The position numbers and the translations under genes are program-made. The notes under the pieces were generated by a model. It searched no databases and was not told where the DNA came from. It saw only the letters and a list, made by a program, of their open reading frames with translations. A DNA stretch of 64,000 bases, from NCBI GenBank assembly GCA_012295275.1, contig CM022677.1:9734001-9798000 (forward strand), in the 5' to 3' direction. This stretch comes from Chrysomallon squamiferum. Its lineage: Eukaryota > Animalia > Mollusca. Positions 28,201-41,250 of this stretch are shown here, one piece after another; the stretch's first letter is position 1, and the number at the start of each line of letters is the position of its first letter.

Positions 28201-28362
28201 AAGTTATTATGTTTTTTTTAATTTTTATTTCACAGACGCCTTCCATGCATGCACTTGTTCCACATTGAGTGTGTTGACCAGTGGCTGTCCACCAACAAGA
28301 AGTGTCCAATCTGCCGAGTGGACATTCAGGCTGGCTCAAAAGAACAGCTGACTACAGAATAA
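16261..28362 (+). CDS. RNF111: E3 ubiquitin-protein ligase of the Arkadia family (RNF111/RNF165-like), SIM cluster plus His/Pro-rich region plus C-terminal RING-H2, about 946 aa
   Basis: 13 GT-AG exons, all phase-compatible: 16261-16353, 17481-17646, 17787-17885, 18540-19554, 19883-19947, 20508-20773, 22985-23174, 23598-23985, 24320-24461, 24710-24820, 27352-27441, 27874-27962, 28236-28362 (2841 nt including TAA). The C-terminus [18 protein letters not shown]...[47 protein letters not shown] closely matches the vertebrate Arkadia RING region; the VVDLT SIM and [10 protein letters not shown] are present. Confidence 0.93.
24871..25320. repeat. 35-bp minisatellite (ACACACTCACCTGATTG[T/A]TATACTAAACAAAAAAC), about 13 copies, in Arkadia intron 10
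   Basis: Near-identical tandem units with no spacers; two variants (gtta and gata). Confidence 0.95.
25590..27020 (+). mobile_element. Internally deleted, degraded non-LTR retrotransposon (CR1/L2-group-like) in Arkadia intron 10
   Basis: ORF1-like remnant [32 protein letters not shown] (~25940-26045), then RT C-terminal remnants [57 protein letters not shown] and [10 protein letters not shown]. Ends with AATAAA and a short tgtcat/tgacat tail near 26994-27018. Confidence 0.75.
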
Positions 28363-31300
28363 TGACAAGTTTTTCTATCACTTTATTTATAGCTTCTACT
28401 GGGTAGAAACAACTATTTATTTGAAAGGCCAGTTTTGCTAGTGTTCATTGTGGTTTGCACATTTCACAGTGTCTGATGTGATTGATATAATCATGGTTTA
28501 ATTAATTATAAACCTGACTGGATCCATAAAAACCTCATTGGATCCATATAAACCTGGCAGAGTGTATAAACCTGGTTGGATCAGTGGTAATCACGGATGG
28601 ATCTGTAAAACGTGTTTGAATATATGTTTCTGTATTGCAGTATTTTTTATATACTTACTTTGGCTTGGACTCTTTCTAAATATAAACATGTGCAATTTAT
28701 TTATTACATTTTTTTCTTCCTGTTTTTTTTAGAAGTGTTTGATTTTTTTTTATTATGTATTATATTCAGTGTTTTTAAATTTTAAATATTATTATACATT
28801 TTTTTAAGACGTGATATTAGTGTTTGCAATTAATCATGAAGTCTTTTCATTTACTGTGCTTGATATTGTTATTTAAAAATGAAACATAACAATTTTATAA
28901 AAATTTTTACTAATAAAATAATATCCAAAGACTTAGTTAAGCTTCACTAAAGCTTGTTAGTTACTATGGTATCAGGGTTATTTTTTCTCAGCTTTCTCAC
29001 TTAGTCAGGACTGTTTTTATTATAAATTATATATGAAACTACAGTTGCTTTGGTATGTTAATTGTGAATAATATTTCATAGATTAATTTTCTTGCCTGTT
29101 AACGTTTTGATGGTTTAACGGTTTATAAAATATCTGTTTTTAATGTCACAATGTGCTGGGGATTGTCTTCTTGTAAACACTGAGTCGCATATTTGTCATA
29201 TAAAAAGTATTCATACAGAATCATGTGCATAATTTGCTTGTTTTAGAATCTCTGGGAACATTTTGGAGTTTATGAAACGTCACGTGTTAAAGCTTCCAGG
29301 AAAATTTGTTAAACAAAACATAGTTTGTGAATGAAGAAAACACATTTTCAAATAAAACAATGTGAGAGTCATGGAACTGGAAAAAATATTTAAAAAATTA
29401 AAAAAAAAAAAAAAAAAAAAAAATTCCATCTTTGATGAGTGAGTAAAGCTGAAAGATTCAGATTTTAACTTTTTTTATATTAATTTTGTAAAAAAAAAAA
29501 AAATATCAGCATCTTATTTGTTAAAACTTTACAGCCACAGGATTCAGTCTCTCAATAAATAAATAAAAATTACTTTTCTATAAAAATCAGTAAATAAATA
29601 CATTGAAATCTCAGTTTAGATATTTCAACTGAATTTAACTTGAACAGCTATATTTTGTCTAATAACAAAATTTTAATAATTACAGATTTATGTAACCATG
29701 TGGATCATAGTTGTGATTTATTCATCTTTTAATTTTTAATTTTTTCAAGGGTGGCTTTGGGTTATTTGTTTGTTTGTTTGTTTTTGTGTTGTTGTTTTTT
29801 TGTTGCAGTTTTTTCAAGTCTGTAAACAAAGAGTAAGTGGTTAAAACAATTCCCATTTTCATAATCATGAATGTTCTTGTATTATTTTCTATTTTATTTG
29901 TTTCAAATAAAAATGAGTTTTATTTAGGAAAAGAAAAAGGACAGAAAATATTCGTTCAAATGCAGAAAATTATCTGAACAATATAATAAATATAATTTAT
30001 ATTGACTGTTTCTTTTTCCCATGATTTTAAAAAATAATAATGTTATGAATAAAATAAACTGATTATTTAGAATCAGATAAATTACACGTGACATTGTTAA
30101 TTATTTTTACATATAAAAGATATACAAAGTAGTAAAATTAATAATTATGATAAATATTTTTTAGATTTAAACTAATAATAATCAGGAAAAGTAAAACTGG
30201 TTGTTTAAACATAAACTAATAACAGTTATGATAAATATATGTTGTGGTTTAAATATTCAAATTTTGTTTCTTTTTATTGTTTTAATTAGTTTATCCATGT
30301 ATGACAACCATTTCAACTGAATATAGTTAACTTCTGTTATCTCTTCTTCTGTTTCTTGTTGTTGTTGTTGTTGCTAGATTTAAATAGTTCCTGTTTATTA
30401 ATTTTTAAATGTGCAAAAAATATAAATCTATTTATTCATAAATTAATGTACCATGTGTTGTGTTAACATAGATATTCTTTATGTTTATAGTGGTTATCTA
30501 AAGACTAATTTAGAGAGAGTAGTTAAAAATTAATTTTCATCATTTGTCAGTTTCTTCTGCATTCTTAATGATTTAATTTATTAGTATTTTTATATTTTTA
30601 TTTATTATATTTTTATGTTTTTACTGATTGATTTATTTATCTATTTTATTTTATTCTTTTTTGTTACTTTTTCAAATGTTTCCTTATTTCTAACTGTAAG
30701 TTAATCTTTGAAATGGTTATCGCAATGTTTTTTAAAATTCAAACTTTTCTTATTTTAAATAATAAAAATGTTTCCTACAGATCTTTATCTCATAGTGTTT
30801 TTTAATTTAAATGACCATCTGTCAAAATCTATATGAAAGGTGTGTTAGGTTAGATAAATTACATATTTATATGATTTAAAATGCGAAAGGACTGTTAGGT
30901 TAGGAAAATTAAGTATTTACATAATTAAAACAATTTCTTTCTTAGATCACAGTTGCAGAAAAATAAAATTGGTACATTTTGCTTCAAATATAATAAGTGA
31001 AATATGAATAAAAAATAAAAAGAATTACTGATTTCTATTTCTAGACTGATTTAACTTAGACATTTTAAACATCAGATCTGGCTGTCTTCTCCATCATCAT
31101 CATAATAGTTTCTTTTCTTTTTTGATATTTTAACCATTCACAATTATTTCAATACTTAACTAATCATTAATACTTGATTATTCTAAAATCATTGTTTATT
31201 ACTTTATTTCCATTATTACTTATTATTATTTAATTTGTTTTTTAATTTTAATTTTTAATTTTTTTATTGATTTAATAAAAGAAAATTGTAATTATTCTTA

Positions 31301-32281
31301 GACATCCTTGTTATATTTTACTAAGTAGGTATTTGAACACTTTCAACTTTTGCCCTCTGTTCAATTTTATATTAGGATGCTCTGGGTGTATGAGTTTGCT
31401 TTTGTTATTATTTAATACATATTTTTTAAACAAAAGGTATAAAAATAAAAAAGTGAAATATATTTTCCTTTTTGCTAATAATGAACATGAGATGTAAATA
31501 TAATACATTTAAAAAAAAAAAAAAAAAGAATTAGAAATTATGAAAAAGCAAAATAAATAAATAAATATTTAAATAAGTATCCCACTGATATTTGTTAATG
31601 ATTTAGAAATACTATAACAAAGAAAGAAGCTTTTTTTTTATCAATTTAGAATAGAAAACAATTTTCTTTTGTTTTCTTTACATTATTATCACAGTTTGAA
31701 TATTTTACTTCATATATTTCACATATTTTTATGTTTTTTTTTTTTATTGTTATTAGTTTTGTTAATACTACAGTTTTAGAAATTCAGTTTGTCGTTAAAA
31801 TATTGTGAAGGTGAAAACTATTCTTTGGTAAAAGGTTAAGTTTAGAATTCCTTTTTTATCTATGTCACAATTTCCCTTTCATCTTTTGTTAATATTGTTT
31901 TTATATTATTAATTAAATAACATTACATTTAAGCTATTTGATTAACAGCTTAATTTATTGTACAGTTACTGTTCATGACTACTTGAGAATGAACTAAATT
32001 ATGTATCAGAACAACTCGTTAAAGAAAATGACTTATAAAAGAAATAATTTTACATAAATATTCCTTTTATTGAAACAAAAATAATGTTGTACTTGCTGTT
32101 ATTGCTGATTAGTGTAAGGTTTTGTTTATAATATCGAGTGGTCTTGATAGTCAGGTTAGTTACTAAAATATTTGTAGTGTTAAGGTTAAAATCTGATGTG
32201 TTTATACATAATACAGAATTTATATGTTATATTGATTGTTCTTTATATACAGATGTGCATGACAAATACATAGATGATTTA

Positions 32282-32323
<42 letters not shown>

Positions 32324-32338
32324 ATTATTATTACTTCC

Positions 32339-32379
<41 letters not shown>

Positions 32380-33111
32380 GATCTGCAAAATGCCAAAGTT
32401 ATTTACAAACCAGAATGTTTAAACCAGTTATTTATCAAATGTGTTTTAATGTAAATTATGTTTTAATGCTAGCTGTGTTCTGTATCATTGTTATTATTAT
32501 TATTATTATTATAAATATTATAGATATTGAGTCTTTACATTACAATATTAGTTATTTTTATTTCCAACTTGTTTTTTTTCAAGTAAATTTTAATATATTA
32601 AACTTTAATAATCCAACATGGAAAGTACGTATATGTCCTTGCTAGGCAGGTGGTCTTATGATAAGATAATAAACTTGCATTTTTAATATTTCCAGCTTTC
32701 CGAGATTTTGTTAATTTTTTATTTTTATTTTATTTTTTATTAATATTTATTTATATATACTGTTACTTTTTAAAAATTAATTTATTTTTATTTACTTATT
32801 ACTATTATGGTTTTTGGGGTGAATAATTCTAATTACATTTCTAGTTACAATCTAGTTACATTTGTTTGGTGATGTTTTTATGTGTGTAATTATAAATGAG
32901 ATTGACTGTATTTTCAATATATAATCAAGAATAGTTTAAGGTTGTTTTTATATTTTTGAGACTTTTCAAGTAACCTGGGTTATGTTTCAACCATAACTGA
33001 GTAAAAATATATGGAACATAAGTAAAATTTGTAACAGAATTCTTGTGTTTAGGATTTAGTCTGAAAGTAGTACAGTTTAGTTCAATTTTATATATACATA
33101 TATAATTTATT

Positions 33112-33143
<32 letters not shown>

Positions 33144-33379
33144 CATCATCATTTTAACTGATATATTATTATTATTATTTTTATAGGGTTTAAGGGTATA
33201 AATGTGATGTTTGTGTTTCCTAAAGAATATTTAAAATCTATTTTGTCAACAATTGTACCTCACTGTATGTCCCTATTATTACTGCATGGGAATAAAACAT
33301 TAGAAAACTTGTTTGTTACATGTTGTTTATGTTGTAAGCATACTCTTTCATACAAAAATAAATTATATCCCAAAGTAGT

Positions 33380-33810
33380 GGATCAATGCTTTTCATTTCT
33401 GACATAATTTCCTGTTCTAACCACAACTAAACTCAAGATAAAAGAAACACAAGAGAGGGAAACAACAACAATTTTATTTTATAATTAGAAACTTTGACCA
33501 TTGCAAATTATAAACAATTAGATAAAATTTTACATTAACATGATATTGTTTCCATTAGAATAATAAAATATTAATCTAAAACCAAAGATATAATGGAAAC
33601 AATATCATATTAATATAAAACTTTATCTAATTATGTAAGTTATACAATGTAAGTGTAAGACAAGTTTGGACATGGTAGAAACGTGATATTTTTAAATAGT
33701 CACGTGACATACTTGATTGATTACTGATACTTATCAATTTCCATCTGTTTAAATTCATAATTATAGTTAAATACATAGCTCTGAGGACCTCTTGTTTAGC
33801 CTCAATCATC
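33380..33810. repeat. Local duplication paralogous to 51592-51700 plus 52565-52845, containing a 42-bp inverted repeat (33516-33557 and 33591-33632)
   Basis: Shared strings aatttcctgttctaaccaca.ctaaact, tgcaaattataaacaattagataaa, tagtcacgtgacatacttga and acctcttgtttagcctcaatcat. Confidence 0.85.
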
Positions 33811-33919
33811 TCCAGTTCTCATTTTTTTCCCATCGTCGGTAACGTTCGATAAACGTAACTTTTCGTCTGAGTATTTCTGCACCACCATTTCGTTTTTCAC
33901 AGAAAACACAATCGTAATT

Positions 33920-34672
33920 ATAATTAGATAATAAAATATAATAATCCCGCGGGATGTCACCTTTCCTTGTTATAATCTCTAATATTATTAACGGAAAAGA
34001 ACATTTCTCTCGCAGTTCGTCTCTTTGTTTGTTAATATTAACATGACATATGTAATTATCATTATAATATGTGGTGTGAGTAACAGAAAACTCACGTTAA
34101 TCTCTCGTGGACACGCCTTTAATCCTGTCACTCTAAAATAGTTTATATTAAAAAAGTGATATGGAAGAAATCCCTGTATTCAGTCATATATAGATAGATA
34201 TAGATATAGATATATATACATTACAGATACAGATTAAAGTAAATGTTATCACGAACCTGCAAATAGTTTTCATCTTTTGCTGTAAAAATCACTCTAATGC
34301 CATCACCACCGTCTTTACTAAATTAATCATCGAATACAATTTAAAATTTTTATTATGAATAATCAGTTTACTTTATCATATCTACCCTTAACATGACATA
34401 TATTTTTTATTTACTAGCAGTGGAGGAAAAATAGGTGATATTTTAATATGTATACGTTTGTTTTCCAGTGATAAACATTGCGTGAATAATAAAAAATAAT
34501 GACGTATGTTCGTTATATTAAATATAATTACCTACAGTATACAGAAAAATAGGACTTCATCGATAATTTCCATTTGTTTCCGCACTGCAGGCATGCAGAT
34601 CCTTGTAATAATAATTTTGTCACTTTAAATTTCAGAATGAATGGAAATATAGTTAATTTTTAAAATTTTAAA
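33920..34672. repeat. ~750-bp direct segmental duplication, copy 1 (copy 2 at 39221-40010)
   Basis: Long near-identical runs, for example aacggaaaagaacatttctctcgcagtt...aaaactcacgttaatctctcgtggacacgcctttaatcctgtcactctaaaatag. Confidence 0.9.
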
Positions 34673-34972
34673 TAGACACTGAAAAGGAATTGTTTTTAAT
34701 TATCAACACTGAAACATTAATTTATAAATAAAGTTTTTCTTTATTTCTTTCCTTACTTCTTTACTTATTCACTTATTTAAAAAATAAACATTAAATCCAT
34801 CTCGAATTAAAAGATTAATCAAATTTATATAAGTCAGTTTTGATGATCATCTAAGTATAAACGAATAACATATCATCAGAATATATATGAAAGATATATG
34901 AAAGACCACCCCTTTGTAATATGATTCTTCTTAAAAAAAAAAATGAAATTAAAATAAAGAAATAAAACAAAC

Positions 34973-35003
<31 letters not shown>

Positions 35004-35284
35004 AACAGACAAACAAAGAAAGAAAGAAATAAATTCCAAAAATAAAAAATAAAATAAAAGAAATAAAAGAAAATAATAAATAAATAAAATAATAAAAATA
35101 ATTCATGGAAAATAATTATCAGTTTTTAATGTGATGAGCATTTTAGATAATTATTAAAATATCCACTAGTCATGAAAATGATATTTACTTATGGAAAAGT
35201 CCTGTATTTTAAGAAATATAGATTGCATTTTTAGTCAATAAATTTTTAAATTATTAAATTATTAAACACAGATGAAAGGTTAGA

Positions 35285-37300
35285 TGTGATGTTTCGTTAT
35301 CAATATTATCACAGTGGAGAAAAACGCCACGCTTGGACATGCCATAAGCAGATTAAAATAAAATATATTTAACTATAGCAACCCAAGTTATAAAGCCAAA
35401 GTCGTCAAGTTACAATCCATCCAATCTAACAACAGACATATAATTAATAAAAATACCTATCAACATTAATACTTAATGATATAAGCCGGCTCCAATTAAT
35501 GGGTATGCGCCGATTAAAGACCGCTGTAGACAAAAGAGTCTTATCACGAGTAAATAATCTTGACAACAATAAACACTTCGGAACTCGGCCCATCTCTTTC
35601 ATTTTTATATTTAGACTGGACCCCATTGCTCCCAGACTGCATTCCCCAACGTAGTTATCAGTAAAATAACCACGGTTAAAATAACCAAGGACAAAAAATA
35701 ATCACGGTTATAAGTGGTGGAGATCAAACGATCCCGGCCAATGTCAGGGGCCAGTCCAATAAACTACAGAGAGAGGCTTCGAGGATGCCAAATAGACCCA
35801 CCGACAACACCAACGCCAACACCAGCGTTATATCCAGCAACTACAGCTACAATTACTACTCAGATCACGCCATCAGCTTCTATGTCAACAACTAGTGGTT
35901 CAGCCATCAATTCTCTACCAGTACCAACAGCACAAACGGTTACTCCCATCATGGCCCATGTAACACTGAACAAATTTTGTGGCAATCAGAATATGTCGAC
36001 TTGGTGGAATGATTTCACAGGACTAATTGACTCAGAATATGTCGATTTACTAAATTTTGAAGAAACAAAGAATTTTTGGAAACACAGTTCATCAGCAAAC
36101 GAATTTTCTAACAGATTGGAGTTCATCTTCTGATGAATCAATGCAACTATCTGTGGACTTCCATTATCATCATGAGACAGTTCCAAATGAACCTTTCGTT
36201 CTATCAATTGACGTAAACCTTCATGAGCAGGGTATTGCAGACAGACAACGCAAGACTCTCGATATAAGACATATCATCGACTACACTGAAAAGAATGAGA
36301 TACCTTCTACCTATACAGAGTCACAGGTAAAAGGACTCCAGGGTCGCTCCCAAGAATATGATCTTCGAAATGACATTTTATACCATTTCTATCTGCCCAA
36401 TCACAGAGGACAGAAAAACAACCGTCCACAACTGGTTGGCCCTCTTCAAGACAGGAAAGATCTTCTTCTTCAAAGACGTGATTCAAAAACAGGAGGTTTC
36501 ATTTTGGGAGAATGCTACTCGGCTAGCTATTCTAACCAAATATTTCTGGCCAGGTATGTACCAGGACATAGAAAACTACGAAGAACTGTCAGAAGTCCAA
36601 ACGTTACACTCATGCAAAACTCTTCCAAGAAGCGACAGAAATTGGCAAAGTTCTTTTCAGTGAGGTATTTACAAGATTACAAGACCGAGGACGTCAGTTC
36701 ACCTCACTTCTGATGAATGGAATTTGCGAACTGTTTGAGGTGAAACATCCTCCTATCACCCTCAGACGAATGAACGAAGAAACAGCACCATAGAACACGT
36801 CCTCAGATCACATGGCAACAAAGAACAAACCAACTGGGCTGACCTGCTTCCTTGTATTATGATGGCAGTGCATAATTCACCCTGTCATTCTACTGGGTAT
36901 TCTCCACATTACCTTCTTTCTGGCAAGGAAATGCATCTTCCATTTGATACCTCTCTTCTTCCAAAACCAACCTTGGGCAAAGACGCTAAAACTCATATCA
37001 CTGCACTCACTGACAATCTCAAAGTAGTCAAGGCTATCGCAAAAGACAACATGGCTAAAAGCCAAATAGTCACAAAGATCACCAAGATCTAAAAGCACAA
37101 AAGCCGACATTTTCAGTGGGTGACCAAGTGCTCATTTTCAATCAGAAAAAGACCATAGGTCGCTGACCGAAACTGACACACAAATGGGAAGGTCCGTATT
37201 TCATTACACAAATAGGACCCAATCATAACTACAAACTGTGTCATTCGATATCCAAGACCCCTCATTCAACCACATCAGTCTAAAGATGCACGCTTATCCC
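35285..37300 (+). mobile_element. Degraded, internally deleted Ty3/Gypsy LTR retrotransposon (putative 5' LTR ~35285-35712, PBS-like TGGTGGAGA at 35715, gag start, integrase)
   Basis: Gag-like MAHVTLNKFCGNQNMSTWW; integrase N-terminal region YDLRNDILYH..RPQLVGP and KYFWPGMYQDIENY; core remnants YHPQTNE, NWADLLPCIMMAVHNSPCHSTGYSPHYLLSGKEMHLP; GPY/F module KWEGPYFIT. RT/RNaseH absent, many frameshifts, no 3' LTR seen. Confidence 0.85.
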
Positions 37301-37868
37301 AACGCACAACAAATAAACAAGCAACTACAGACACTAACATGAATAGGAATCGGAAAATATCTTCCCCACCTATATCATCACAGTCGACACCAACTGCCCA
37401 GTCACCGTCTCCACAATCGAGTACATCACACACGACTTATTTCCATGTCCAGTCATTCCACACTGAAAATACATGGAGTACGGTATCATGCATAATTCAC
37501 ATACACACACACACACACAAACACATGTGCCCACCAGACCCCGCCCTCCACAAATCAGAAATAGAGATATGGGCAACTGTTGTCATGTTTGAAGACAACC
37601 ATATAGAGTTGTCGTTCCTGAGGAATTATTTACTTATTTTATTATTGTTATTTTTTGTGATTTATTTATTTTATTTTGTTTTGTTTTATTTTTTCGGACA
37701 CCGCCGCTTCATTAGCTATTAACAATAAATACGGGAATTACAGATAAAAGGCAGAATGAGAAAGAAGATAAGTATAAGACTCTAAATGTTATATATTTAA
37801 TAGCAATGCTTATTATTGTTGTTGTTGTTGTTGTTATTATTATTATCATCATCCTCATCCTCATCATC

Positions 37869-37907
<39 letters not shown>

Positions 37908-38146
37908 TTAAGGGGAATTTCTTAAAAGGACGTAATTGATATTCCGAAAATAAAGCGAAACAGTGAAATAGGAAAAAATTACAAATGAATACTAGAAAAA
38001 TAGGTCCGAAAACAGTCGATTACGCTGAATAGATTATTTAAATGGAGCAGTTAGATCTATCTTCTTAAGTTCTTTCACTTTCTGCTTTGTATTTTAAAAA
38101 TAATAGCGTTTTTATTGTTTAATAATTATTTGAAGTGAAGAGGTAT

Positions 38147-38198
<52 letters not shown>

Positions 38199-38255
38199 AA
38201 TAATAATAATAATAACCTCTCAGGAACGACAAATCTTATATAAGTAGAAGTAAAC

Positions 38256-38290
<35 letters not shown>

Positions 38291-39059
38291 AATAACAACA
38301 TTAACCTATTCATGAACGACAACTCTTACTCAGACAAGATCTCGTGTTCATCTATCAATTAAAACAGGCCTAAAGCGTCATATTTTCAGTATGTCTGCCT
38401 CTGTTAAGGTCTTTATAAAAAGAACATTTTATTGAACAGATAATGCAAATTTTGTAAAGATATCTCTTGAAACAACTTTTTGATGACTTAAGGTTGAATT
38501 TTATTTTATTTGTTTTTGGGTTTTTTTTTTAATCACACAAAGATTTTTTTTTGTTATTTTTAAATATTTACAAAACAACAGAAATTAAATTTAAAAAAGT
38601 AATAAGAAAAAAGAAGAAAAAAGAAAATAAGAAAACTATAAATAGTAAATAAATATATAAAAAAATAAATAAAATGTAACATATGCAGCACAGATATACC
38701 ATGTGCCAATGTATGTTATGTTTTTGTGTGTGTATGTATGTATGTTCGTCATGCATGTGGTTATGTATGCATGCATATGTTTATGTGTGTATGTATGTGC
38801 AATTTGAGGTCATTAGTGTCATCCAGTCAGTGAAGAGAACATTTTACTCATCTTTGATCACGAGCTTGTCAATCAGCTTGTGCTCTTGACTCGACTTTGT
38901 ACCATTAATTGTGGATGTATGTATGTATGTACGTGTATGTATGTATGTATGTATGAATGTATTCCATTGTGTTTTTTACGGTTTATTCAAGTTTGAGTTT
39001 ATTCTAGCTGCCCTGTTTGTAACATGGTTCTGGTAAGACATTTGTCCAGAGCTGTTTGG

Positions 39060-39150
39060 TTTTACAGGGAAAGGAGCCAAGATTCATCAGATGTTGTAAT
39101 GGTTGCCAAAAATGTTCGGTTATCACCAAATGTGATTTGAGAGGCTTGTG
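39060..39150 (-). mobile_element. Short mariner transposase fragment
   Basis: TFLATITTSDESW resembles the mariner FLxxIxTGDE(S/T)W motif carrying the first catalytic Asp; followed by a stop. Confidence 0.45.
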
Positions 39151-39220
39151 TAGTCTTAATTATTGTTATTTTATTGTCGTCGTCGTCGTCACCATCGTAT
39201 ATTATCTGTATAATCAAACT

Positions 39221-40010
39221 ATAATTAGATAATAAAATATCATAATCATCCGCGGGATCCCACATTTTTCTGTAATATCACCTTTCCTCGTTATAATCTC
39301 TAATATTGTTAACGGAAAAGAACATTTCTCTCGCAGTTTGTCTCTTTGTTTGTTAATATTAACATGACATATGTAATTATCATTATAATATGTGGTGTAA
39401 GTAACAGAAAACTCACGTTAATCTCTCGTGGACACGCCTTTAATCCTGTCACTCTAAAATAGTTTATATTAAAAAAGTGATATGGAAGAAATCCCTGTAT
39501 TCAGTCATATATATTCTATACAGGGCTTCTCCAAGTAAAATTAAATATCATCATCAACCTGCAAATAATTTTCACCTTTTGCTATAAAAAAAAATCTAAC
39601 ACCATCACCACCGTCTATACGACTAAATTAATAATCGAATATAATTTTATTATTATTATTATTATGAATAGATCAGTTTACTTTATCACAATCTCACGAA
39701 CGTTTCTATACTTAACTTGATCAATATATATATATTATTTACTAGCAGCAGAGGAAAAATAGGTGATATTTTAATACGTATACGTTTGTTTTCCAACGAT
39801 AAACATTGCGTGAATAACAAAAAATAATGAAGTAGATAATGTTCGTTATGTTAAATTTAATTACCTACAGTATATAGAAAAATAAGATTTCATCGATAAT
39901 TTCCATTTGTTAATAACACATTGCAGACATGCAGGTCCTTGGAAAAATATTTTTATATCACTTTAAATTTCAGAAAGAATGGAAATGTTACTAATTTTTG
40001 AAATTTTAAA
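39221..40010. repeat. ~790-bp direct segmental duplication, copy 2 (copy 1 at 33920-34672)
   Basis: Collinear with copy 1 from ataattagaataataaaata to aaattttaaa, with small indels. Confidence 0.9.
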
Positions 40011-41210
40011 TTATCAATATTTAACGTGATCCGTGTTTTAGGTAAAATACCACGTTAATACCACGTTAATATTTTCGTCATTTTATCTTCTAGGCGTCAC
40101 CTAGTAGTAAGTAAAATATAATTTATAGTGTAGTTAATAAAATTAAAATTACATAACTGTAACATTGTTGATTTATAAAAGGACACTATAGAAGAAATAC
40201 TAAACATTTTCTAAGTATTTTACACGGCTGATATTAATGTCTTACGTAATGTTTTTTTGTGCAATCTCTACCAGTGTAATTATAGTCAAATTAATCTGTT
40301 GTTCTCGATATTTCATAAAATAATACCTTCTCCTTTGATGAAATAGGTTTATTGCATCACTTTCCACTACTATATAATTTTATTATTTTTAATATGCGCA
40401 CAGCATTATGATTGCAAAAGACACGAATTGTTAAGAATATCATGTCATTTTTGGCTCAGCTGCTAGAAAATAAAAAATAATTGCCGTTCTGGTATCTCAA
40501 GTTATCGGGAGAAAATATTTTCAGAATGTGATAATGTAAGCTTATGTGTGTGTGTGTGTGTATATATATATAAAATTTCTTCAACTGAATCTGAATTTTG
40601 TCGTATAAACGGCCGTAATTGTAAGGATTTGTTAAATAAATATTTTAGAGATACAGGTAAAGGCGGACTGCGAAGAGTTATTATTTAAACGAAAATTTTA
40701 CATGTGATAATTACACATGCCTAATGATACCAAGAAATAAGAGATTAATTTTTTTTTTTACGAAATGTATCAGTATTAAAGATTATGAAAAGAAAAGGTT
40801 TTTATTTTGTTTTCTCTTCCGGAATGTTTCACTGTGGATAGTCTTTTTTCTTTTGGATGACGTGAAACTAATATCGTAATCGAGACTCATTTCCGACTCG
40901 CACGTCACTTCGCGTCTGCTAAAAAAACACACCAATAAAAAAAAAAAAAAAAAAACCAGTTTTAATCTGCTTTTACTTTTGAACGATAACAGATCATAAG
41001 AAATATTCATTTATTAATTATGTTTATGGCATACAACGAAAAAATGATACGGAACTCTCAGGGATGGAATTAGGGACCTCTTAGATTGTAATGTTTATAT
41101 CATTTTTTATTTTATTTAACAATAGAAATTATACTAATCAAGTCTTTTTTTAATCTTTTATTTTATTTGTTATTTATTTATTTATTTGTTTATTTATTAT
41201 TTAATTTATT

Positions 41211-41250
<40 letters not shown>

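Noticed and set aside
37605-38330. Inverted 18-bp repeats (agagttgtcgttcctgag and ctcaggaacgaca) as transposon ends
   Set aside because: The right copy is duplicated and embedded in poly-A tracts with no TSD seen; not enough to call an element.
33920-40010. The 750-bp direct repeats as LTRs of the Gypsy element
   Set aside because: No TG..CA ends and not adjacent to the PBS-like site at 35715; a separate LTR candidate precedes it.
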